From the IMG/VR virus record IMGVR_UViG_3300037225_000856, positions 32,001 to 96,000 of that record: a stretch of 64,000 nucleotides of DNA; one strand, given 5' to 3'. This DNA comes from a virus. This document shows positions 20,101 through 28,006 of the stretch, one piece after another; the first letter of the stretch is position 1, and each line of letters begins with the position of its first letter. The translations under genes were made by a program, and so were the position numbers. The notes beneath the pieces are model-generated. The model was not told where the DNA came from, did no database searches, and saw nothing but the letters and a program-made list of their open reading frames with translations.

Positions 20101-21296
20101 CAAATGGTTATAAAGCACTTCAAAGTAATATTTGTGGTTATAGTAATATTGCAATTGGTACTAATGCACTTCAAGGTAATATTTGTGGTAGTTGTAATAT
20201 TGCAATTGGTCCTGATGCACTTTCTTGTAATAGTTGTGGTTCATATAATGTTGCAATAGGTACTGGTGCACTTGAAGCTAATTGTTGTGGTGGTTGTAAT
20301 GTTGCAATTGGTAATAGTGCACTTGAATTTAATATTAGTGGTGTTGGCAATGTTGCAAATGGTTTTCAAGCACTTTTGTATAATATAATTGGTTCTAATA
20401 ATATTGCAATAGGTTTTAATACACTTCGATGTAATGGAGAGTCTTGTAATAATATTGGAATAGGTTCTAATGCACTTTTTAATAATACTTGTGGTTATTG
20501 CCTTATTGCAATAGGTCATCAAGCATTATGCGGTAATATTTGTGGTTGTGATAATGTTGCTGTGGGATATCAGGCACTTTATTTTAATACTGGTGGTACT
20601 AATAATATTGCAATTGGTTCTCAAACACTTTATTGTAATATAATTGGTTGTGATAATATAGCAAATGGTGTTCAAGCACTTTATTTTAATACTGGTGGTA
20701 ATGATAATATAGCAAATGGTGTTCAAGCACTTTATAATAATATTTGTGGTTGTGATAATATAGCAAATGGTGTTCAAGCACTTTATAATAATACTTGTGG
20801 TAATGCTAATATTGCAAATGGTGTTCAAGCACTTTATAATAATACTTGTGGTAATGCTAATATTGCAAACGGTACTGCTGCACTTCTGAATAATACTTGT
20901 GGTAATGCTAATGTTGTTAATGGTCATTATGCACTTTATTGCAATACTCATGGTTCATATAATGTTGCAATAGGTTATCAAGCAGGGTATTCACAAGTTA
21001 CTGGTAGTACAAGTATATATATAGGTAATTGTGCTGGTTATAACGAAACCGATGGATGTAGACTTTATATTGCAAATTCAGGTACTGTTAATCCATTAAT
21101 TTATGGTGAATTTGATACTAAAAGATTAGTAATAAGTGGTACTACTGAAATTGTAAATGGTACTTGTAATTATTTATATTTAGGCAATAAAGACACTGAT
21201 GGCAGTTGGAGATTTGCAATAAGTGGAGGAACAGACTTCATTATTCAAAAAAGAATAGCAACGGTATGGACAACAAAATTATATGTGTTAGGATAA
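17196..21296 (+). CDS. long Cys-rich tail fibre / adhesin-like protein B2
   Basis: N-terminus paralogous to B1 (MAI.LNDNLKIN.G.PIDS.YL); ~23-aa DSAKL.N.LPAYYLNTG repeats; 17-aa NIA.G..AL repeats; C-terminal YLG..DTDGSWR. Confidence 0.75.
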   Translation: MAIVLNDNLKINVGNPIDSKYLNSLNQPYTGVTAVNTAIVLSQRYVGLTVNVNKIEYWYKTGVTDTALVVKDSGIANTGLTIAINGLTKVGNVVKLGGTLTGDTTINLATHNLNLTNGNLNLTNGNILLITGSSIQWSDGSYITNTINGISIIDDDLIVSGNTTSVKFIENGVCLANKYLATGATSVNSKALCGCIPSCFLGANSCAVDSAKLGNKLPAYYLNTGTTIICACDSAKLNNKLPAYYLNTGSTALCATCAGNASTLVGCTPNSFLLSGGTAVNSSKLGSHLPAYYLNTGSTAICATTAINSKALCGCVPASFLLSGGTAKNSLCLGGNLANTYASLASPNFTTCICTPVMCSTGVVKGTIISGSSCVESPVIQLTTGAGAGCVFTSNATGCGIWCTPVAGGILWSGSTVNGVGTYLSASKIYSNVNMTFDGTKLGVTGNICASTCLCSSITIGTSCVCSPIILGSSCVCGFIVCSNTCILAGTCVTGTIMCASSCVRSPLISGGTVCGLTAVCGGIHCATTCFAGSGAGLTGTAASLTVGCATCAVGAKNLCGCVPTSFLLSGGTAVCSTCAGNASTVAGCTPSCFLGVTACACDSKCLGGHLPAYYLNTGSTAICATCAIGAKNLCGCVPASFLLSGGTAKNSTCLNGQLASYYAPIASPNFTTCICAPIVCATTCFVGSGAGLTGTAVSLKSNDSCCLNGVLAAGYLLSGGTAKNSLCLGGKLPAYYLNTGTTITCANDSAKLNNRLPAYYLNTGSTALCATCAGNASTLVACTPSCFLGATACAVDSAKLGNKLPAYYLNTGSTAICATTAGNALCLGGSLAACYATKALAITGATSLGSGCVVYSTVANNNLKFKSLSGGSGISMSSTANVINICGIGWSNLTNGSTVVGCGTVASGNTSLCNTFIGVCAGKNINIAGCDNTGIGFQALYSNTCGFGNVAIGFQALQSNISGLGNVANGYKALQSNICGYSNIAIGTNALQGNICGSCNIAIGPDALSCNSCGSYNVAIGTGALEANCCGGCNVAIGNSALEFNISGVGNVANGFQALLYNIIGSNNIAIGFNTLRCNGESCNNIGIGSNALFNNTCGYCLIAIGHQALCGNICGCDNVAVGYQALYFNTGGTNNIAIGSQTLYCNIIGCDNIANGVQALYFNTGGNDNIANGVQALYNNICGCDNIANGVQALYNNTCGNANIANGVQALYNNTCGNANIANGTAALLNNTCGNANVVNGHYALYCNTHGSYNVAIGYQAGYSQVTGSTSIYIGNCAGYNETDGCRLYIANSGTVNPLIYGEFDTKRLVISGTTEIVNGTCNYLYLGNKDTDGSWRFAISGGTDFIIQKRIATVWTTKLYVLG
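19980..20990 (+). repeat. 51-bp (17-aa) coding tandem repeats in fibre B2
   Basis: near-identical gataatatagcaaatggtgttcaagcactttat units at about 20650-20870. Confidence 0.85.
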
Positions 21297-21323
21297 TATT
21301 ATAAATAAAAAAATAAAAATTTA

Positions 21324-21354
21324 TTTGTTTATTCAATTTCTTTTTATATATTTG
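21324..21354 (+). promoter_or_regulatory. Bacteroidota promoter TTTG-N19-TATATTTG for the secreted-protein block
   Basis: TTTG 21324-21327, TATATTTG 21347-21354. Confidence 0.65.
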
Positions 21355-21460
21355 CATGAAATTAATTAAAAATAATTGAGATTTTTTGTAACCTTTTATA
21401 AAAATTTTTTGTATGAATATAAAACACTAGAATAAAAATTTTAAATAAACTTATAATAAA

Positions 21461-22519
21461 ATGAAAAAAAAATTAATTGCGTTTTTGGTTTTAATAATGT
21501 TTACAACAATAAGTTATGGACAACTTATTGCACCAAATGGAATAGAGATTGGTAAGAAAACAAGTCATACTATTTTAAAAACCGATTCTATTGCATTATC
21601 TGGAACACATACAGCTATTTCATATAAAGGTTCAGACACTCTTATGTATTATATTCCTTTTAATGATAGAGCTTATGATAATAATTCTTCTTCGAATTTA
21701 ATACCTGTACTTTCGTCTGATCCTGCAACAGGTAATGCTTACATAAATTCTGTTGATAATAAACTACATTATCTCTCTGGTGGTTATTGGCATCGTGTAG
21801 CTATTATTGATAGTACGGCAGCTTCAGCATCACCCTCTACTCTTTTAAATGAATTGGTTGGCTATTGGAAGTTTGATGAAACATCAGGAACAAATCTGGC
21901 AGATGCTACGGCAGGAGCACATAATGCTACCCTTGGAGCAGGTACAGTCAATCAGACAGGAAAAATTGGCAAAGCAGTCACATATAATAATACAGGCTAT
22001 GCCACAGTACCCTATGCAGCATTTTCTGCAATAACAGATAAAGAGACTATTTCTTTTTGGTTTTATCCAACTTCATTACCATCCACTGTTACAAGAAATG
22101 AATGGCTATTCACTCATGAAATTGCAGGGACAAGCGAAACATCAAGAGTTCTATGGAATAAAGATGATAATAAAATCTATGCGATATTTGATAACACATC
22201 AGACGTGACTTATCAGGTTAATAGTGCAGCAATAACAGGGCTCAGTCAATGGTACCACATAGTCGCTGTTTGTCCCGGTAATGGTCAGGCACTTAAACTT
22301 TATATCAATGATGTTGATGTTTCAACTTCACCCGGTACATTTTCCGGCACACTGAAAGTCTCAACTGCTCAGGCTATTATTGCCAATGATGATGCTAGTG
22401 ACAATTATGGGTTAGTAGGAACTTTGGACGAATTGGGGATATGGAGAAGGGCTTTGTCCGCTTCAGGGGTTGATTCAGTATATGTTAAAGAAAATACAGG
22501 AACAAGTTATCCATTTTAA
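21461..22519 (+). CDS. secreted LamG/concanavalin-A-like domain protein
   Basis: Sec signal MKKKLIAFLVLIMFTTISYGQ; LVGYWKFDE, GKIG, WYHIVAV, LYIN, GTLDELGIW.RAL. Confidence 0.8.
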   Translation: MKKKLIAFLVLIMFTTISYGQLIAPNGIEIGKKTSHTILKTDSIALSGTHTAISYKGSDTLMYYIPFNDRAYDNNSSSNLIPVLSSDPATGNAYINSVDNKLHYLSGGYWHRVAIIDSTAASASPSTLLNELVGYWKFDETSGTNLADATAGAHNATLGAGTVNQTGKIGKAVTYNNTGYATVPYAAFSAITDKETISFWFYPTSLPSTVTRNEWLFTHEIAGTSETSRVLWNKDDNKIYAIFDNTSDVTYQVNSAAITGLSQWYHIVAVCPGNGQALKLYINDVDVSTSPGTFSGTLKVSTAQAIIANDDASDNYGLVGTLDELGIWRRALSASGVDSVYVKENTGTSYPF

Positions 22520-22530
22520 AATATATAGTC

Positions 22531-24372
22531 ATGAAAAAAATATTAATGTTATTTTGTTTTTTAGTTTTCACTTCTTCGCTATTCAGTCAGGCTTGGACAT
22601 TTCCGGGATGGCAACCATATAAGGTAAAGCAGTATTTTGGAGATAGTGTTTATGTTGCAAAGGATATTAGGACACCTTCTGGTTATGTGCAGACACAGTT
22701 AAATACTTTGCAAGATAGCATAGCAGCACTTAGGACATCTATTATATCATTACAAGCAGCTTCATCACCCTCTTATCCTACATATTACATAGCTAATGCA
22801 GGTTCGGATGGGGCAGATGGGTTAACACCTGCAACACCTTGGCAGACAATAGCAAAAATAAATAGTGCAATGGCATCATTAGTTCCCGGATCAAAAGTTT
22901 ATTTTAATCGTGGGGATCAGTGGAGAGAACAACTTACTATAACACAAAATGGTTCAGCAACGAATCCGATTACCTTTACAGCTTACGGAACAGGGGCAAA
23001 GCCCAAGATTAACGCCGCCGATATTAAGACAGGATGGGGTCATAAATATCATCAATATTCAAATATCTGGGGAATAGTCTGTCCTAATGTTACTCCTGCA
23101 AGGTGTATGGTAGTTATTAATGGGATACTTTTCACGCAGACTACTTCGGTGGCGGCATTGAGTTCAGGTAAATATTTCATCAAGGTAGGTACTCCTGATA
23201 GTGTCTATGTTTGTTCAGCTACCGATCCTTCTACGGTGACATCTGAAGTATCGGCAAGGGATTATGGTATTTATTCAACAAAAAAATATCTTACTATTTC
23301 TTATCTGGATGTAAGAATGGCGGGAAGTAAGGGGATATTACTTGAAGGCTCAGGTGTAGAAGTGGATGGATATTCGCTCATTGATAGTTGCAATGTTTAT
23401 CGTAACAGACTTGCCGGAATTGGTCTTTATGACGGATATAGTTATTCTACAATACAGAGATGTACAGGTACGTATAATGGTAATACGTTTATCTCATGGG
23501 GTAATCAAATTGGTGGTGAAGGAACAGGAGGGGTAGGTAGTGATTATAATACAATTAAGAATTGTTATTCTGCTTATTCTATACACGATTATGCTATAGC
23601 GGGACAATATTCAGATGGAACTGCTTATCAGACATTTAATTCTAATGGTGATGTTATTCAAAACAATGAAAGTGGTCATGATGCAGAGGGTATATTTCTT
23701 GATCCCCATACAAAAGGTAGTACAACGGTGACTTGTAGATACAATTACGTTCATGATTGTAATACCACAACAGCCAGTCAAGCTATTGGAATTGGTACTT
23801 CTGGGACGGGTGATGTTTTCAATATTTATTATAATCTAGTTGTTAACTGTGGTAACTCAGGAGGAGCCTACGCACCGATTATGTTTGCGAATACAATTGG
23901 AGGCCATGTATATTTTTATAATAACACTGTTTATAATAATGGGGTTGCAGTTATACTTACACAACTTTTTGCAGTACATGGCACGAATATAACAATGAAG
24001 AATAATATATTCTATTTTTCGACAGCTTCAGATAGCTATTATTTCAACTGGGAAATCAGTAGTACTGGATTCTGGACAAGTGATTATAATCAAGTATATA
24101 AATCTACAGGAGGTACTGCTGTATATGCTTATGCTCAATACAACGGAGGAGCACCTTATACTACTTTTGCAGCATGGAAATCAGCAAGCAGTCAGGATGC
24201 TCATAGTGGCTATGTCGACCCATTATTTACTACGACTGGATCAGATTTTACCCTACAGACAGGTTCACCTTGTAAGAATACAGGAACAGTTATTGCAACT
24301 ATCCCACAAGTAGATATTTTAGGCAATCCAATAGTCGGGTTGCCGGACATGGGATGTTATGAACATCAATAA
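22531..24372 (+). CDS. secreted right-handed parallel beta-helix (pectate-lyase-like) protein
   Basis: signal peptide; YYIA..GSD..DG.TP.TPWQTI, FNRGD, YNNT, KNNIF, DYN, DP.F, DF.LQ.GSPC, PDMGCYE. Confidence 0.8.
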   Translation: MKKILMLFCFLVFTSSLFSQAWTFPGWQPYKVKQYFGDSVYVAKDIRTPSGYVQTQLNTLQDSIAALRTSIISLQAASSPSYPTYYIANAGSDGADGLTPATPWQTIAKINSAMASLVPGSKVYFNRGDQWREQLTITQNGSATNPITFTAYGTGAKPKINAADIKTGWGHKYHQYSNIWGIVCPNVTPARCMVVINGILFTQTTSVAALSSGKYFIKVGTPDSVYVCSATDPSTVTSEVSARDYGIYSTKKYLTISYLDVRMAGSKGILLEGSGVEVDGYSLIDSCNVYRNRLAGIGLYDGYSYSTIQRCTGTYNGNTFISWGNQIGGEGTGGVGSDYNTIKNCYSAYSIHDYAIAGQYSDGTAYQTFNSNGDVIQNNESGHDAEGIFLDPHTKGSTTVTCRYNYVHDCNTTTASQAIGIGTSGTGDVFNIYYNLVVNCGNSGGAYAPIMFANTIGGHVYFYNNTVYNNGVAVILTQLFAVHGTNITMKNNIFYFSTASDSYYFNWEISSTGFWTSDYNQVYKSTGGTAVYAYAQYNGGAPYTTFAAWKSASSQDAHSGYVDPLFTTTGSDFTLQTGSPCKNTGTVIATIPQVDILGNPIVGLPDMGCYEHQ

Positions 24373-24380
24373 AAATTAGT

Positions 24381-27113
24381 ATGAAAAGACTACTTATTTT
24401 ATTAACATTTTTGATAGTCACCCTGACACTTCAGGCAACAACATATTATGTCAAAGCAGGGGGTAATGATAATGCCAATGGCACATCAACAGGCACTGCA
24501 TGGGGGCATTGCCCGGGGCTGACAGGGTGGACGGGTACTGTAACACTTGCAGCAGGAGATAATATACTATTCAATCGTGGTGACTCGTGGTATGGCACTC
24601 TGACAATTTCACAATCTGGAACATCAGGAAGTCGTATTACCTTTGGTGCTTATGGCTCAGGTGCAAAACCGATAATAACAGGATTCACGACTATATCAGG
24701 TTGGTCGAATAATGGAGGTGGTATATATTCCAAAGCAGTTACTTGCACATCTGTACCGACTAACATGGTTACTGTGAATGGTGTTAATACAGGGAAAGGC
24801 AGATACCCGAAAGAAGGAAACTGGTTGACTAATACTACTGTAGGCATGGGTTATATTACAGATAATAGTTTACCCGCTTCTCCTAACTGGACAGGTGCAA
24901 ATATATTTCTGAAAACAGAAGGTTATAGATGGAATCATGGTACAATTACCAGTCAGCCAACACACCAAATTAATTATACTCAACAGGGTGGAGATGATAG
25001 TTGGTGTGGAGGAAATAGTTATGCTGGGTGGGGATATTTCATAGATAATTCACTTTTGACACTTGGCACAGTTAATGGTGTTGCTCCGCAATTAGGAGAA
25101 TGGTTTCATGACGGCACTACTTTTTATATGTATTTTGGTGCGGTTGATCCCACGACAAAAATTGTTAATGTAGCGACATTGGATAATGCAGTAGTTTGCG
25201 CACAATCTTATATTACTATTGATAATATAAGTTTCTTAGGATATAATGGAGATCATACATATTATAATAAATCAGCCGTACAACTGGGAGGATCAAGTTA
25301 TGTTTCTGTTACTAACTGTGAGATAGGATTTATAGGAGCTGGTGGAACATTTCCGGGTGATTATGCAACTTATGATAATTGTTGGATTCATGATATTAAT
25401 GGTACTGCAATTCTTGGTCAGGCTTATAATTATCTTACTTTAACAAATAGTATCATTGAAAATATAGGTTTGATTTATAGTATGACAGGTGGATGGTATT
25501 CACGTGGGATGGCATCTAATATTACCACTGGTACACACGCTTTGATTCAATATAATATTTTCAGACATATTGGCAGTGTTGGTGCATATATACAGGGAGG
25601 TGCTTATAATGTAGTTGATAAAAATTTATTTGATGATTGTGTCAGTAGGGCTTTTGATTCTGGTTGTATTTATGTGAATGGGAATAGTACGGGACGAGTC
25701 ATATCAAATAATATCTGCATAAATACGCAAGGCAGCATGGAAGGCATATCCGGAACATGGGCAACGTCATTCTGGACAACGGCTGAAGCTATTTATTGTG
25801 ATTATCCAAATACAGGGATAACACTCACAGGGAATACATGCGTGAATACAGTACATGGGTCTGGTATTAAGCTGCATAATTCACATGACATGTCAGTATC
25901 AAATAATCTACTATATAGTAACTATATGGATGTTCAATATCTGGAAGATCAGTCCGATAATCCAATAAGAAATCTTAGTTTAAGTAATAATAAGATTATT
26001 GCTCAACGTGCCGGACAGATGTTAATAGCTGCTTATAGTAACACTGATGATATTCCTTCATTTGGACTTACAACGGCTTCCGGTAATATATACGGGAGAC
26101 CTGTTGATGATGGGGTGGATCAGGATTTTTATACTTCCGAACCAACAGCAGGACATAATTACAGGACTTATGCCTATTGGCTTTCAAGATCAGGAGAGAC
26201 AGGTTCTACATTCTCATCCGTTTCAACATCAAGTATGAATAATATTCACTTCATTTATAATGCAACAAAATCAGGTGTCAATTATACTTTATCTGCTGAA
26301 ATGGTTGATATTGCAAATACAGCATATTCTGGAACAATAACACTGCCATCTTATTCTTCATTGGTTCTTGTTGGGGCAGGGACGGTTACTCCAGCAGGAA
26401 GTCCTACTTTTCCAACAGTTACAACTACAGTTATTACAAATATAACAAATACAAATGCTCAGAGTGGAGGCACAATAATTAATGATGGCGGGGCAACAGT
26501 AACTTATGCTGGAATTATATGGAGTAATGTTATTGGATCAACAATTGATGATTTGCCCGATGCACCTTATGGTGGAATTTCCAATGTATATACTTATCCG
26601 TATGAAGTTACTAATCCATTTGTGGCAACTACAGGCATTGTTTTAGCTCCTAATACCACATATTATTTGAAGGCTTATGCTACAAACAGCGCAGGTACTG
26701 CTTACGGGGCAGATGTGCAATTTACAACACTGACTAATTCTGCTATACCAACAATAACAACTACTGCAATTTTTAATATTACTCAAACTACAGCGTCTAG
26801 CGGAGGTAATCTGACCTCTGATGGAGGCGCAAGCGTGACCTCAAGAGGAGTATGTTGGAACACCTCTGCAAATCCGACAATAGCAAATAATAATACATCC
26901 GATGGCACGGGCACAGGTTCATTCACAAGTTCAATAACTGGATTAACAACAAATACTACTTATCATGTAAGAGCTTATGCAACAAATAGTATTGGCACGG
27001 CTTATGGGAATGAATTACAATTTACCACTGCTACTGTCACCTCAATTCATGTAATATTTTCAGGCGGTAAACCAGTGTATTCTGGCACAAAAATAATAGT
27101 TATAGTTCAGTAA
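24381..27113 (+). CDS. secreted right-handed beta-helix protein with two C-terminal FN3-like repeats
   Basis: signal peptide; TYYV..GND.ANG, FNRGD, FGAYGSGAKP, RYP, DSGCIY; two PTVTT..DGG..RG..YAT NS.GT.YG repeats. Confidence 0.8.
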   Translation: MKRLLILLTFLIVTLTLQATTYYVKAGGNDNANGTSTGTAWGHCPGLTGWTGTVTLAAGDNILFNRGDSWYGTLTISQSGTSGSRITFGAYGSGAKPIITGFTTISGWSNNGGGIYSKAVTCTSVPTNMVTVNGVNTGKGRYPKEGNWLTNTTVGMGYITDNSLPASPNWTGANIFLKTEGYRWNHGTITSQPTHQINYTQQGGDDSWCGGNSYAGWGYFIDNSLLTLGTVNGVAPQLGEWFHDGTTFYMYFGAVDPTTKIVNVATLDNAVVCAQSYITIDNISFLGYNGDHTYYNKSAVQLGGSSYVSVTNCEIGFIGAGGTFPGDYATYDNCWIHDINGTAILGQAYNYLTLTNSIIENIGLIYSMTGGWYSRGMASNITTGTHALIQYNIFRHIGSVGAYIQGGAYNVVDKNLFDDCVSRAFDSGCIYVNGNSTGRVISNNICINTQGSMEGISGTWATSFWTTAEAIYCDYPNTGITLTGNTCVNTVHGSGIKLHNSHDMSVSNNLLYSNYMDVQYLEDQSDNPIRNLSLSNNKIIAQRAGQMLIAAYSNTDDIPSFGLTTASGNIYGRPVDDGVDQDFYTSEPTAGHNYRTYAYWLSRSGETGSTFSSVSTSSMNNIHFIYNATKSGVNYTLSAEMVDIANTAYSGTITLPSYSSLVLVGAGTVTPAGSPTFPTVTTTVITNITNTNAQSGGTIINDGGATVTYAGIIWSNVIGSTIDDLPDAPYGGISNVYTYPYEVTNPFVATTGIVLAPNTTYYLKAYATNSAGTAYGADVQFTTLTNSAIPTITTTAIFNITQTTASSGGNLTSDGGASVTSRGVCWNTSANPTIANNNTSDGTGTGSFTSSITGLTTNTTYHVRAYATNSIGTAYGNELQFTTATVTSIHVIFSGGKPVYSGTKIIVIVQ

Positions 27114-27148
27114 TAATAATTATAGTTCACTAATAATATTATAATTCA

Positions 27149-27418
27149 GTGAAAAAAATATTAATAATATTATTTTTTGTTTTTATTAGTATTTCAATGC
27201 AAAGAAATACTTCTAATGGTATAAAAATTTATCCTAATCCCATGCATGATCACTTTACAGCTTCTGTTGAAGAAGGTGCATTACCTCCAGTAATAAGAAT
27301 GTATGATATCTCTGGCAAAATTGTTTTAATGAAAAATATAGGAAAATATCTTTCAATTGTAGAAATTTCTTTTAATTTAAAACCGGGTACATATATCGTT
27401 GCTTTTGATGATAATTAA
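27149..27418 (+). CDS. small protein: signal peptide + stand-alone T9SS type A sorting domain (C-terminally truncated)
   Basis: GTG start, KKILIILFFVFISIS, then IKIYPNP..MYDISGKIV..LKPGTYIV. Confidence 0.65.
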   Translation: MKKILIILFFVFISISMQRNTSNGIKIYPNPMHDHFTASVEEGALPPVIRMYDISGKIVLMKNIGKYLSIVEISFNLKPGTYIVAFDDN

Positions 27419-27472
27419 TTTTTGAAAGTAAAATTTTCATAAAATATAAGTATTTATATAAAATATAATATT

Positions 27473-27769
27473 ATGGATAATAGTTTTTTACAAGACGGGC
27501 AAGGCAATCAATCTAACAGTAGATTGATCGCTGATATAATGATAGTTTGCGGGCTTCTGATGGCGTTAATATTCATTGTTATAGGAGTTTTTAAACCTGA
27601 GATTGATCTTATGAAGATAGCTACTGCAATAGGTGTTCTTTATGGTTCGGTAGCAGGAACAGCAATGACATTTTTATTCTTTCAGAAAAAGACAGAAGTA
27701 CAAGAGGAAAAGAATAAACCAGATGAAAATAATAATGAAAACAAGTTAGAGTCTAAACAGGAAAAATAA
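27473..27769 (+). CDS. two-TM membrane protein, holin-like
   Basis: two hydrophobic helices, charged C-terminal tail, GTATTTATA at 27450. Confidence 0.45.
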   Translation: MDNSFLQDGQGNQSNSRLIADIMIVCGLLMALIFIVIGVFKPEIDLMKIATAIGVLYGSVAGTAMTFLFFQKKTEVQEEKNKPDENNNENKLESKQEK

Positions 27770-27889
27770 TTTTTCTTGGTAAACATTATATAAAAATTTA
27801 ATATTCTTAATTGATTAATCAATTATATATGATTATGATGAAAATTTTATAATTATGTCTATTAATTAAATTTAAATATGTAATAATTT

Positions 27890-27917
27890 AAAAGACGAAT
27901 TTATTTTCGTCTTTTTT
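27890..27917 (+). terminator. intrinsic terminator
   Basis: AAAAGACGAA-TTTATT-TTCGTCTTTTTT. Confidence 0.65.
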
Positions 27918-28006
27918 ATAACATATCGATAATAATATTAATATTTGTTTCTAATAAACATGTAAGTATTTATGTTAGCATCATTTAATAAATATTAAAA
28001 ATTAAT

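Noticed and set aside
13808-20951. Alternative-frame and antisense ORFs over the fibre repeats (13808, 18482, 19882, 20241, 20526)
   Set aside because: Shadows of the repetitive coding sequence, with low-complexity translations and no start context
13700-20990. Diversity-generating retroelement or CRISPR array in the 51-bp repeats
   Set aside because: Repeats are in-frame coding units without unique spacers; no reverse transcriptase, no cas gene and no adenine-specific template/variable pair was seen
10740-21296. Cys excess caused by TGT/TGC recoding
   Set aside because: The same codons give canonical CxxC Zn motifs in the endonucleases and SSB, and the enrichment is confined to sub-regions of four genes
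27770-28006. ncRNA or array in the AT-rich intergenic gap
   Set aside because: Only an AT palindrome (TAATTGATTAATCAATTA) and a terminator; no GC-supported structure or spaced repeats
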